Assembly: GCA_001643675.2 (NCBI GenBank)
Contig: LSRY02000026.1
Location: forward strand, 806,001-870,000
From: Monocercomonoides exilis PA203
Taxonomy: Eukaryota > Protista > Preaxostyla
Direction of reading: 5' to 3'
DNA length: 64,000 nt
Part shown: positions 24,508 through 37,400 of the stretch, piece by piece
Position numbering within the stretch: the first letter of the stretch is position 1
How the letters are laid out: each line of letters starts with the position of its first letter
Translations under genes and position numbers: made by a program
Notes under the pieces: generated by a model
Database searches by the model: none
Told to the model about the DNA's origin: nothing
Seen by the model: only the letters and a program-made list of their open reading frames with translations

Positions 24508-25024
24508 TTTTAACTTTCGCTGATCAATAAGCCAATATTAATTTTTTAAATCTTATTTAATATGAAAAAGGATGTCGACTCTTATTGAATAATTATGAAT
24601 AATTAAATAATAAAATATAAAAAACAAGCTGGCAAATACAATTTATGATGACACAAAAAAATCAACAAGTGTTTATTGACTGAGATATTTTGAATCAAAG
24701 TTTAATTTTTGCGATAAACCATTATCTATCAATAATATTTTTGTTATCAATTTTATTATTGCATAAACATGAATAATATTGCTTCAATCCAACATCACAA
24801 CATTCAACCCCCATTTTTAATATTTTTTCAAAACAATCCAAAAAACCAATCAATAATGTTGATATTGCATGTTTACACAATTCACAATTACATTAAAAAC
24901 AGAAAATTAAAGGATAAAAAAGTCATTCTTAATATTACAGAAATCATTGTAATTTACTCTTTCAATGTCAACTCATCCACAATTGAAGAATTGAAACCAT
25001 TGATTCATTAACAAATTTCATTAT

Positions 25025-25186
25025 TTAGCTGTAGTTGGATCCGCACTTTCCGCACGCAGCAGAGTTTCCTGATCTTACTGGAGTCCCATCTCCAAGGTTT
25101 CTTTTGCATCCTCTGCACATTGCTGTTCCGCAATTCTTGCAATAAATAACATCGCTTGTTCCACAGCCAGATGACCACTTGCACAT
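25025..25186 (-). CDS. 53-aa cysteine-rich microprotein, putative double zinc-site finger
   Basis: MCKWSSGCGTSDVIYCKNCGTAMCRGCKRNLGDGTPVRSGNSAACGKCGSNYS*. AAAATG start context, GC-richer island in AT-rich DNA, Cx5C plus 3x CxxC. Below the ORF-track length cutoff. Confidence 0.75.
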   Translation of the reverse strand: MCKWSSGCGTSDVIYCKNCGTAMCRGCKRNLGDGTPVRSGNSAACGKCGSNYS

Positions 25187-25482
25187 TTTACTTTATTTCA
25201 ATTTCAATACTTTGAAAAATGAATTGGCATGGAGGGAATAACTATACCATAATATTTCTAACACTCCCAGAACATTTTTTAATTCTGCATATTTTCAACT
25301 ATCCATAAAAATATCTGCATGTTAGATGTGACAACACAAGTTGATGTTATTTGTATTCTTCAACATAAAATTTCAAATTCAATACTTTTGATTTGAAAGA
25401 ATCAAACTAATATGGTAAATTTTTGATCAATATTTTTCCTCTCAAACAAAAGATATCAAGCAATTTGGAAACTTAAAGAGTT

Positions 25483-27068
25483 GTGAAATGGGAAGGAATT
25501 GTAAAGAAAGTTAACAATAATTCGGTGGAAATAATACTTAGTCAAGAAAAGTCCCTTGAAAGTGTAGCTGATTTTCTACTTCATGTTCTGTCAAATCGAT
25601 TAAAAAAGAATAATTCTAATTTTGTTATTGGCAAAAAATTGAAATTAAAAGCGAAACTCTTGTCATATAGTTTACTTTATAACTGTTTTGAAAAATATAT
25701 AATATTATTCCTTATGTTTTTATTATATTTTTAGAGGATTCAAAGGCTATTCCATTCAGAGCTGAACTTGCAAGAAAGTCTGCACATAATGAGGAATTAG
25801 ATTTAACATGGGAACAATTTTCAAATGTTTTTCGAACAGACGAAGAATTGACACCTGAATTTCAATTTGAAAAGCATTGGAAAGGGCATGAACTTTCATG
25901 TCGAATGAACGTTTTATCAGTTTCAGAGAAGACTCATGCAATACATAATCATTATGAAGCAATAATTGCAGCAGATACGGCTAATCCAGACAGAAGCAAT
26001 GATGCAGTTGTTTTATTGATGCGTTCGTCAGAAATTGATCACGCGAATTATCTGAGAGAAATTACTGGAAGAAAAGTTGGGCTTATCTGCAGATGTGTCA
26101 GGAGAGTTCCTGTTCACATTATGCTTTTTGACGATTTTGATGCAAATGAAAAGATTTCCTTTGGCAATTGGGTGAAGAAAAAGAAAGAGGAAAAAGAAGA
26201 ATTAGAGAAAAAAATGCTGTTGAAAGAGAAAGAAGAAAAGGAGAAGAAGAAAATCGAGGAAGAAAATAAAGCCAAAGAGGAAGCAGAAGAAAGAAAGAGA
26301 AAAGAAGAAGCGTTAGAAAAAGAGAAAGAAGAAATCAAGAGACTTTTGGAAGAAGAGCGGAATAAAGTGGAGGAGCTGCAACGAACATTGGAGGAAGCGA
26401 AAAGGCAACTTGAAGCCAAACAAAAGGAAGAGGAAGAGAAAAAGAAGAGTGAAGAGGAAGAGAAGAAGAAGCAGATGAGCTTTTGACGCCTCCTTCCACA
26501 CCTCATTCAGAAAGGGTTGGGATATCAGCTAATTCTCCGAATGGAATTTCTCCGAAGCTTCAAAAAGAACAGAAAGGAGAAAGAAACCAGCCTTCTTCCT
26601 CTCCAGCTGCTGTTCCTTCACTTCGGCCTTTCTCTTCCTCTTCTTCTTCCTCCTCCTCCTCTTCTTTTTCTTCCTTTTCTTCTTTTTCCTCTCCTTCTTC
26701 TTCATCATCTGCATCATCTTCTTTTTTGTTGATAATTGCAGTTTCGTCTTCTTCTTTCTTTGGGATAAGAAATAAACAAAATTCTTTTCTTTTGAATATC
26801 ATCCAATAAAACATAGCTTTTAGGGATCATTTTTGGTTATTCATTTATTGTCTTTGCCAGATCTGAGGAGTTTGAAGCAACGTATGATATGAATCAACTT
26901 GGGAAGTTTCTTGAAGAGACAACAAAATTCACCAACAATTCATCTGCATCAGCCCAAAAGAGAGACAGGTTTCTTTTCAGAAAAGCATCTGAAAGACCTT
27001 CTTTTTTTTCTTTGAGTCTTTGTTTGGGGATTCATCAACGTACTGAATCTGCACTTCAATTTCCTTGA
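25483..27068 (+). CDS. Hypothetical multi-exon protein with E/K coiled coil and Ser-rich tail; apparent 1-nt frameshift near 26460; 5' end unresolved
   Basis: Coding-like exons at ~25480-25670, ~25735-26486, 26483-~26727 and ~26861-27068. The start codon could not be placed with confidence. Confidence 0.5.
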
Positions 27069-27782
27069 CTGAAGTAATCTGAGTCTCATTTGCTCATGGG
27101 GCATTAAAAGGAAAGTGTAAATATTTATAAACAATTGGTATATGAATCTTCATTAACTTCTTCTTCTTCTATTTTTAGATCGTCAATGAAAACGGAGTTT
27201 TAGAAGAATGAAGGGAAAGACTCAAAGGAAGACTTTTCCATTTATCATTTCATCATATTATTCAGAATTGAAAATTCGTTTTTTTCATATTCTCAATTCG
27301 TTCAAAGCGATCCAATATTTAAGTATTTTTGATTGATGAACGAATTCCTTTTTATTTTGGGCTTTCTTAATAAGGGGGATTTGAAACAATGGATTTCAAA
27401 GGATGCACCTTTGAATTATTTCCCACACTATTCGAAAACAAATAATTTTTTGGGAGAGAAAGCAGCGGAAAAGATTTGAATGAGCAAAGGAGAGGAGAAG
27501 CTGTTGAAGATATTTACAGAGAGACTGAGCACAGAATGAAGAAGGAGTTATTTTGTTTGTGTTAAAGAGAATCTTTACAATGAGGGAGAGATTGAATGAA
27601 TAGAAATGGAAATAAAATTGTTACTTAATTCTTTTTCTCTTTTGCTTTGTTGCATTTCGAAGAAGAGGGAAATAAAGACTTTAAAATGACATTTTTATAA
27701 GTATTTGCTTGGACTTTGCGAAGTGAATAAAAAAAGGAGAAAAAACAATTTTGAGTTACAGAATAAATAACATCAATTTTCC

Positions 27783-29269
27783 TCAAGCATTCACAAAATA
27801 ATCAGAAATATTCAACGATATATCACAACCGAAATTTTCTTCAATAAAATAAAATATTTCATGAAAGCTGGTGATGGTATCTTCATATCCTTCTTCTTCC
27901 AGCTTTTCGAATATCTCCATTTTTGTTTTCTTTCTTTTAACTTTCATCGCTTCATTATTGACTTCTTCTTTCAACCGCTTTGAAATGTGCTTAAAAAATT
28001 GCAAGCATTCAACTGTTATTTCGTCATCCACTGTTCGTCGCTGCATCTCCTCCAAAACAGCATCAACTGCTCTGCCTTTCAACAAGTCTTCGATTTCCAC
28101 ATTTCTATTTTCTGCTGCACTTCTCAAGGAACAAATGCACCAGTAGCAAATTTCTCCATGATTATCTTTTGCTATTCGAAATAACTGAACAATACCTCCG
28201 ATAAGCCCTGAACATTCTTCATTCCACAAATGACAACCGGTAAAGAAAAATTCCAATGTTTTGAGCCATCTCATTATTATGTTTTCTTCTGTCCTTCCTT
28301 TTCTTCTTTCTTTTTCCTCTTCTGTTCTCTTCCAATCCACATATTTTGTAAGTTCTTCCAGTTCTCTTCTTGCTTCTCTAGCAAAGTGTAATTCGTTCAC
28401 AATAACTTTTTCCAAGCTTTTATCGTTGTAAAATCTTTTTATCAAAAACTGACAAGCAGACTGATACGCAAGTTGAGTGAAGTTGCAATGCTCCTGATGG
28501 TATTGAATGATTTCTTTAATTTTTTCCAAGAAAAGTTTTCGCCCAACATTCTGAAGGAAAAAAATTGAAAAAAACTATTACAGTGAAAGGAAATTGAAAT
28601 GTTCAAACATTTACTGTGCTACTGTTGCTCAAAGCCAACAATGCCACTTCCACTTTCTTTTGCGCTTCTTCCTTTTTCTCCTTGCTCGATGCAACATTCA
28701 AAAGGCATGGAGCACAGATTGGATACATGTCCGAAGAAAACTGATTGTCAAACATAAAATAGCATTCGCAAATGTCAACAAGAAGCTTTTCATCCTTTTC
28801 TTCATCTTTCTTCTCATTTTCATCATAAATAATCTCCTTAAATTTCTCCTCCAATGAAGATTCGTTAAACCCGTAAATATTAATTCCTTTCAGCACTTTG
28901 CAAAATCCAATGCGCTTTAGCAACAAAATGGCGTTCTCCAAAGGCAATTTTTTTTCTTCAATCATTTCATCAACTTTGTCGAACATTTCTTTTGTGAAAA
29001 CAGTTTTAAATTCTTCTTTATTCATTTCATTAATCATTTCATTCATTTCTTCGATTTTCTGTTTTTGCTCATCCTCATCACAATGTTCAAGTTTATCAAA
29101 TAATTCTTTAATTATGTTTAAAAAAGAAATGAAATCACCAAAAATTCAAGTGCAACAAGAATTGAAAACCATTAAATCTTTCAGTGACACTCGTTTCCTG
29201 CATTTCCAAAAATGCATCGCACCCAGAAAACAACGAATATTCGTCATTCGTATTGAATCCACATTTCAT
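27783..29269 (-). CDS. Lineage-specific helical family protein, copy A (3 exons)
   Basis: ATG at 29269 (MKCGFNTNDE...TERFNE|LFDKLEHC). Two introns. Ends EKLEEEGYEDTITSF...LNISDYFVNA*. Paralogous to 30740-32277 with the same intron positions. Confidence 0.8.
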
Positions 29270-30573
29270 TGGATATAAGAATAAGATGAAAAATAAAAAC
29301 TCAAAATAGTTTTAAAAAATCTGCTTTCACACTGTTTTTTCTTGTCTTGACATTTTCGATTTGTAATTAAAAAGATAAAAAAAGGATTTGTTTTTTCTGT
29401 TTGTAGTTATGGATTCAATGATCGAAAGACATTAAAAAATCTGGAATAAACATTGGCAAAATGAGAGATCGGTGAATGAACATTTTCTGCAGAATAAGAT
29501 TCACTTGTTTTGCATGGAAACAGCAGACAATGATGGAGATGCTATATTTTTGAAATTCAATATGATGATTTTTCGAAATTGGATGGTCAAGTGGAACACA
29601 ACAATTTCATTAACGCAAAAGACATAGTGTATGTATTTAATATTTATCTATGTATTGTGAAGATATTTCCATCTGTATCCTTTCCAAAGTGCAGGAATGT
29701 GAGTTATTGTTGAAATGATAAATTTCCTCATTGGAAAGCATAATGATTCGGATGAAGCAGATTAATAAATAACAATTCAAATATTATGAAGTTACGTAAA
29801 ATACATGATATTTGGTGCAAGAGATGAAAACAAATTCATTTGTTATTTTATTGAATGAAGACAAAAGTGGATAGAATTCTGTGAAGACAAAATCTGCACA
29901 AAATTATATAGAATTTTGAAGCCTAAGGTAAAGGAGAAGCTTTTTTGGCAAGGAAAGTGGCTGGCAATACAAAGGAAGGATATTATCACAAAAAAAAGGC
30001 AAGAATTCAACGAAAAAAAGGAGAACCCCAAAATATCAGTTTTATTTATAAGACTTTCCTGCTTCTCGGAGTGTGCCAGGCAGACATGGAAGGCTGCGAA
30101 TTTCTATTTCTGATTCTGTTTCTGATTCAAAAGAAAGGAGAAACTCCATCAACGACATATCCAATCTGATAGAATTTCATCTCATTCAGTGGCTTTTCTT
30201 TCTCTTTTTTTTCATTCATAATCCTTTTTGATTTTCAGATGTTGGAAGAAAGGCAGAAGAGGCAAACAAAATGATTGAAATGCCCATATGAGAAATCGAG
30301 AAGGCTACGGATTCTATGAATGAATGAGTACAAAATCACTTTTATTGATGGGAAAGGAAATAATTTATTTGAGAATGATTTTCAATGAAAAAAAGAAGAA
30401 ATTGAAAAAGTTATAGGGACCATTCTTTTTAAAAATTTCACAAAACTCAATTTTAAGAAAAGAAAAGAAAAAGATGTGAAAAAAAAAAACAAATTGTTTT
30501 CCATAACATTAAAAAATGACTAAAAACGCAAATAACAGTTTTTGAGTTACAAGGCAAAATGTATCTCATTTTC

Positions 30574-30670
30574 TCAAACATTTACATGATAATTTGAAAA
30601 ATTACATGATAATTCATTTAAAAATCACTTTTTTTTATTGATTAATGATCCATCATAACTTTGTATACGA
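30574..30670 (-). pseudogene. Relic 3' end of a third member of the EEEGYED family
   Basis: Minus strand reads ...LSCNFSNYHVNV*, compared with SLNISDYFVNA* in copy A. It is followed by the same 3' motif (plus strand TTTTGAGTTACA) as copy A. Confidence 0.5.
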
Positions 30671-30739
30671 TTTCTTTTCAAAAAAAAAAAAAAAAGAAAA
30701 TCAGAACTTTTGAGAAACAAAATATCAAGTTATGCTTTA

Positions 30740-32277
30740 TTAAGCATTCACAAAATAATCAGAAATATTCAACAACAACTCTCGATTATATTTGCAGCGA
30801 ATTAAAATTTCTCCATAAAAGCTGGTGATGGTATCTTCGTATCCTTCTTCTTCCAGCTTTTCAAATGTCTCTCTTTTGAGCCTTTTCCATTTGGCTTTTC
30901 TTAATGTATTGTGCGCTCGCTTTCTCATCGTCATTGAAAGAATTCTAAATATACCGAAGCAGATTGAGATCGGGTAATTTTCTAACGTCGGCTGCAGTAT
31001 TTCTGCCAAAACACATCCAGCTGCTCCGCTCTTCGCAAAAGAATCGATTTTTTCTTCCTTTTCGATAACACCCTCTTTTAAAAAATAAATGCATTCATTT
31101 CGCATGCCTTTGAAGCTATCCTTTGCGAGCTCTTTAAGTTTGATAACTCTCTCAATAAACTCGTTTAATTGATCTTCTTCGCTGCACGCTCGACATTTTC
31201 CAAAATACAATTGAGCGATTTTCAGGTATCTCATTATTATCCACACCTCTTTCGTCTTTTTTAACTCCTTTTCTGTTTTCTTCCAGTCAACACATTTTAT
31301 CAACTCGTCCAATTCTCTTACCGCCTCCCTTCCAAAACTCAGCTCATTCGCAATTATTTTTCTCAATCCCTTTTCTAAACGAAACCTGCGAATTAAAAAT
31401 TGCCAAGCTGATTGGTAGGCCAGCTGAGTAAGGTTGCGATGTTCTTGATGGTATCGAATAATCTCTGAAATCTCATTCAGAAACAATTCTTTGTCAATTT
31501 CCTATGACAAATAAATCACAAAATTCAACAAAGAAATAACATTCTTCAAAGAAAGAATAGAAAAATAAATTCAAACCTTGTATTCACCAATATTGCTCAT
31601 TGCCAGCAAAGCCATCTCCACATCTTTTTGTGTTTCCTTGTCCTCTTCAATGTTTAATGCTTCTTTAAGAAGGCAACGAACGCTGAACGAAAACAATTCG
31701 TTGAAAAAGCAATCATCATTTAACATTAAAACGCATTCGCAAAGATCTGTCAGAAGCTTTTCGTTTCTTTTTTTCGAGCTTTCTTCACATCCTATTTCTT
31801 CTTTCACATTCTTTTCTATGGAAATAATCATTGATTCCAGATCCGAGCACAAACCAGTGCAATCAAAGCTTCCATCCCAATACATTCTCAATGCTTTGCA
31901 ATGCCCAATGCGCTTCATCAACAAAATCGCATTATCCAACGATAATTTCTTGATATTCATCATTTCGCGTATCAAGATGTATTTTTCTTCATTAAAAACA
32001 GATTGCATTTCCTCGTTATTCATATCGCATGTAATGTCATGCATTTTCTCGATAATCCTTTTCTGATCTTCATCCGTGCAATCCTCAAGCTTGAAAAACA
32101 TTTCTTCAATAGAATTAAGAAAATTGGCGCAAATAAAAACATCAAAATGCAACTGGTTGTCAAACTTTCATACATTTTTGGCAGTGACATCTCTCTTAAT
32201 TCAACCTCTGAATTGAAAAGGCAAGAATAACACATTTTGTTTGTCTTTAACTTTGTCCAATCTGAAATTGACAGCAT
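30740..32277 (-). CDS. Lineage-specific helical family protein, copy B (3 exons)
   Basis: Shares EKLL.D.CEC, VE.ALLA.SN, YHQEH.N.TQLAYQSA and EKLEEEGYEDTITSF..LNISDYFVNA with copy A. Both intron donors are GTTTGA. Exact start Met is uncertain. Confidence 0.8.
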
Positions 32278-34454
32278 TTAAAAAAGGTTAAATAAACAGA
32301 ATGAACGCCAATGCAAAATAATTCGCACCTATAGTGACGTTGGAAAAGCGTTTTCCAAAGGTATCGGAATATACAATTAAAATCCAACTTGCTTTTCAAA
32401 AAAGATTATTTATTATAGGTATTGATGATCAAAACAAATCTGCATTTTCTGAAATATTATAAATCTTCGAAAATTTTAAAATAAATGACTATAAGTATTA
32501 ATAAGAAAAGAATAATTTGAAAGTGTTCAACCTTCTTCAGTGAATAATGATTTTGACATGAGTGATTATTGTAAAATTGTATTCAGTTTCTTTATTTATT
32601 TCAATATTTGTTTTGTGAAATAAATTTTTGTTGAACAATTCAAAAATTCATATCTAATATTTTCGTAATGAACGATATTGTGGCACTCATTTTTTTTTCA
32701 AAAATCTTTTCACATAAGAATGTTAAACTTAAAATGATTTGACAGCATAAAAAGTTTGGAACAAAACTTTGTTTCTTTCATCTAACCAAAAATTTCGTCT
32801 TAATCACAAACAAAACAATTATATTTGAAAGTTGTGTATTAAAGATTTAAATAAAAAACGCAGTTTTTTGCAATGTTCAAAAGGATGTTCGAAGCTTCGA
32901 AAGAGCAACCTCTTTCTCTTTTTCTTCATTTTCCTTGTTGCTCAATCGAAATAAAATGACTTGGATCAGCAGTTATCCATGAGGCAAGTGTACAGACGCT
33001 TTGTAGAAGCATGACGGAAGAAGAAGAGAATGGCTGAGAACATGAGGAATTTTTGCTTTGTTAATGAAATTGAAGATGAATGAGGAAGAAAGTGGCTGAT
33101 GATGCCAAAGGCACATATTTTGAAGAAATGATTGAGAAAGAAGAATAAACACTTCCACAGCAAAAATACCTTCTTCTTTTCTATCTCATTCAAAACACTG
33201 TTAAATCAACCAATAATATGATTAATCCTCATTAATTACTTTCTTTCCTCTTCCTGGCGATGCTGATGAATATTGGCAAATAAAAATCTGAAGCCAATAA
33301 ATCAGCTCCTGTGGTTGCTCTTTCTTTGTGAAAACATCATCATCATTTCCATATGATCTTTCAACTCTTCAGATGCTTCCTCAAAAAATACCTTCCAATC
33401 TGATTCTTTTGTTTTGAATGCTTTTTCCTTCACCTTATTTCTTCTTTTCTATCGTTATTTCTTCCCTCCCTTAATTTTTCCTCGTTCTTTTCTTTTTCTT
33501 TGCCTTCCTGTCTTTTCCTCAAAGTATCATTCTCAAAAAGAAATCTGCCAGAAAACGAGAAAATGAATTCCATTTCCTTGTGGTTTAATAACATTAAGAT
33601 AATAACAAATATGAAATTGTCAATCCAAAACATTATTGAAAAACAAAACAATGTGATTCTTCATGAAAATTTTCAAATAAAACAAACATTCAACAGACAT
33701 TCGTTGCTGCTGTATTCTTTTCTTAAGTGCCTTTGTTCTTTTTAAATCCATCTATTTTTGGTCTGTTCAGCCTTTCGCTGCTTTCCTTTTTCTCTCAAAT
33801 TGTATCATTTTCTGCCCTGTTTGCAAAATAAAATCAAAAGAATGAATAAAATAAATAATATAAAGTCTCATATAAACCCATTCCACACTGTCCATCTCAT
33901 TGGACGAGAATGCCCAATTCAGCCATCCAACGCTTCACAAAATAACAATCAAGAAACAACCATTCCAAAATGCCTCTGGTGGCTGCAAATGCATAAATCA
34001 CACAATCGCCAGAAAACATAAAATGAAAAGTTTCTTCAAAAAACTTTCACTGAACAAACCTTATCTGTTCCTCAGATAAATGAATTCCAAAAAAGAATAA
34101 TGCTTTTCCAACTCTCGCTTTCCAAATAACAAGAACAACACACTTAGATGATTCAAAACAAATATGATTGCAGGAAGAATGTGTATTACAGATTCTCTCT
34201 TTGTATTAATGAAAATATCAGAACATCAACATTTTCAGCCAATCATTTTGTATTATTCAAATGATCAAATGAAAAAGAAAATTTCACTCATCCGATACTC
34301 ATCACAGTTTATGAAATAAAACATATCACTTAACACTTGAACAAAAAAATGATTTCTTTCTTTCTTTCTTTTTTTCAATGAATGTTGAGCCCATTCTTAA
34401 AAAGAAGAAATCCGGAAAAAAAGAAAAGTGTCTTCTTTGTGGGGATAAGTTCCT

Positions 34455-37400
34455 ATGCTGTCAGGAACATGTTGTTTTGTGTGCATAACTTGTGTGCAAT
34501 GCTTGTGCAAAGGTGCTGCAAACAATGAAGCAAATCTGGTGGAGGAATCGATAAATGATAGAAAATCAGATTATTTGGGAAATTCTTTGTTTGATGGCCT
34601 TCCAAATGAAAAGAATGGAGATAAAAATATGATAGAAATGTTTGTTGAAGGGAATGAGGATGGAATGGAAAAAGATGAAAAACGAGAAAAATCAAAGAAA
34701 AATAATCTAAAAATGGAAGATGAAAGAAACAACCAAATTTGGAAAGAGAATTCAGTCAAGATTGTGAATAATGAGCATTTTTTTGGAAAAAGAGAAATGA
34801 TGAAAATTGAAAGAAAATATGAAGAAAGTGAGGTTGAAGGATGTTTTGTTCTGATAAATTCATCAATGAAGCTCAAATCATTGGGGCTGATTCAACATGA
34901 TGAGAGAAATGTTGTTGAAGTTGAGGATGGAAGTTTTTTTGAATTGGATGATTGTGGTATGTTTATTTTGAGTGGAATGTCTCCATTTTGCCTGACTGGA
35001 GGTTGTGGAGTTTTCCAGAATATTTCTCTCAGTTCATCTTCAACTGGTTTTTTGAAAACATTTCCATCTCTTTTTTCTTCAAAATCCCCCAAAGGAGAGT
35101 CTTCAGAAAAATATTCTGTTTCTGTTTGTTCTTCTCATTTTTCATCTTTTTGTGTCTCATCAGCCCCATTCCTCTCATCACACTTCATTCCTCTTGTTTC
35201 ACTCTCTCATCTCACATTTTTCAACATCTCAACAGCAAATGATTCATGTACATATCCAACAGTTTCATTTTCTCAAACCTCATGTCTGATGAACAGTTGT
35301 TCATTTACTTCAGTTTGTGATGTGTATGATGGCGGAATTGTTCCTTCGCTCAATAACCCATTGGCTTCTCTGACTGCCTCAAACACTTCTTTTGTTGGAT
35401 GTTGTCGGACAAGAAATGTTGCATGTGAAGGAACTGAAGCAAAAAAGCTGACTCCAGTGAGACAAATCATAGCCGATTATGGAGCGAACACATTCACTTG
35501 GTGTTGGTGGAATGGATCGAAGACAATTGGTACAAGCAATTCTGTTTCAGATGGAATATCGAGCGGAGGAGCAATTTTCATGTTTAATCTTGAAAACGGA
35601 GAACTTTCTGTTTCTCATTGTTCATTTAATGATTGCATGGCATATTATGGTGGAGGAGGAATCATGTCCCGTTCAATCAAGTCAGTTGAGAGTATTAATA
35701 ATTCGTTTAACTTTTGCACTGCACAAACATATGTTGGAGGAGGGATGTTTATCTTTTCGATTTCATCATGCACTCTTATCAGCAAATGTGAACTCCGGAA
35801 TTGCAAAGCAAATAGCTATGGAGGAGGATTATATATGGAATCTTTTCAAGATTCAGGAGCAGACTGTGTCAGAATAGAAAACGAAATGGAAGAGGGTGAG
35901 TGCATGTTTGACTGCAGTTTTTCTTCGTGTTTTGTAACAGGCACAAGTGGTGGAGGCATGCGCTGTGTTATTGTTCCAAATGCATTCAAAATGAGGAACA
36001 TTCAGTTTATTTCATGTTCTGCATTGTCAGAAGGAGGAGGCTTGAACTTAAGACCAGAAAAAACAGAAAAGCCAGTTGATGAGTTCTATTGTTTTTTCAT
36101 GTTTTTTCATGAATGTCGGTGTAGAAACCTATCTTTTCCTTATGGGCATGATATCGAATTCATCGATTATTTTAACATTTTCATGAATTTTGGAATTCCA
36201 TTTTATGAATGCTTCACAACGAATACAGACATTCAGAGAGTGTGCTATGCATACAATTATGCAGATTCAAGTGATTGGATGTTTGATCAAACATCAAAAA
36301 AAGATTGGCTGAAAGACAAGACTATATATGTTTCAGTGAATGGGAGTGATGCAACTGAATTGTGTGGGGCAAATGAAACATTTCCATGTCTGACAGTGAA
36401 GAAGGGATTTGAGATGTGTGAAGTGCAAATAAGTTTGACAATCACGCTGCTAGAAGGTGATCATCAAAGCGAGACAACAACAATTGAGATTGGGACAAAG
36501 AAGATTTCAGTCATTGGGAAAGGAAGGATGGAGAGTTCGATTGAAATGAAATCCCTTTCATCAACTGGATCGCTGTTCAGTGTTTCAACAGGTCACCTTG
36601 GTTTGTTGCACATGAAGGTTGACTGTAACTCAAATACAAATCCTTCGCCGAATGTGGCTGTGGTATCTGATGGGAGTGGGTCACTCTCATTGGAGGATGT
36701 TGTGATTACAAGGAGTAATGTTGGAGAATATGTTATTTCTTCGTCAGTGTTTGCGGTTCCACTTTCACAGCTGTCGATGGTTGATGTGGAGATCAAAGAT
36801 ATGAATATTTCTCAATCGTTGTTCTCTGAACCTGTTTTATCTTCTTCTTCATCTTCCTCCTCTGCCCTTTTTTTGACATCCACAGTATCTGGAGGGAGCA
36901 CGCTGGTGAACTTAACGGTGAAGAATGTGAAGTTGATTGAAGGAGATGGGGTGGTTGTGGCAAAGAGTGTGGCAGAAGGGGAGACATTTGTTGTTCAGAA
37001 TGTGACAATCGAAGATTGTGGGTGTGAAAATGGCAGTGGAGGAGGAATCAAGGTTGAGATGGAAACAGATGCAAGCAAGCTTCAGGTTGAAAGAACAACA
37101 ACATTCAAGAGATGCAGAAGTGGCAAATATGGAGGAGGGATGATGCTGCATCTGGCTGACAACTCGATTGACTTCTCGATTGCGTCAGTTGACTTCTCAG
37201 GGTGTTCTGCCTCATTGGGAGGGAATTATGTATTTGTGAATGGGAGCGATTCAGTGAGCTGGGGAATAACAAGAGAAAAGCTGAATGTTCAACATGACAG
37301 TTCAAAATACAATGAGATTGTGGGATATGATCGGAGTGACACAACAATGGGGCTGTTCCCACTGAATGTGTATTTGGACAGATATCCAGATGCAGCACAT

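Noticed and set aside
29400-30340. Coding-like plus-strand sequence between family copies A and B
   Set aside because: Frequent stops, no consistent exon chain or recognisable homology. At most a decayed gene.
32900-34020. Minus-strand coding-like fragments upstream of paralog 2
   Set aside because: Interrupted by stops and I could not build a spliced model or assign a family. Possibly a pseudogene.
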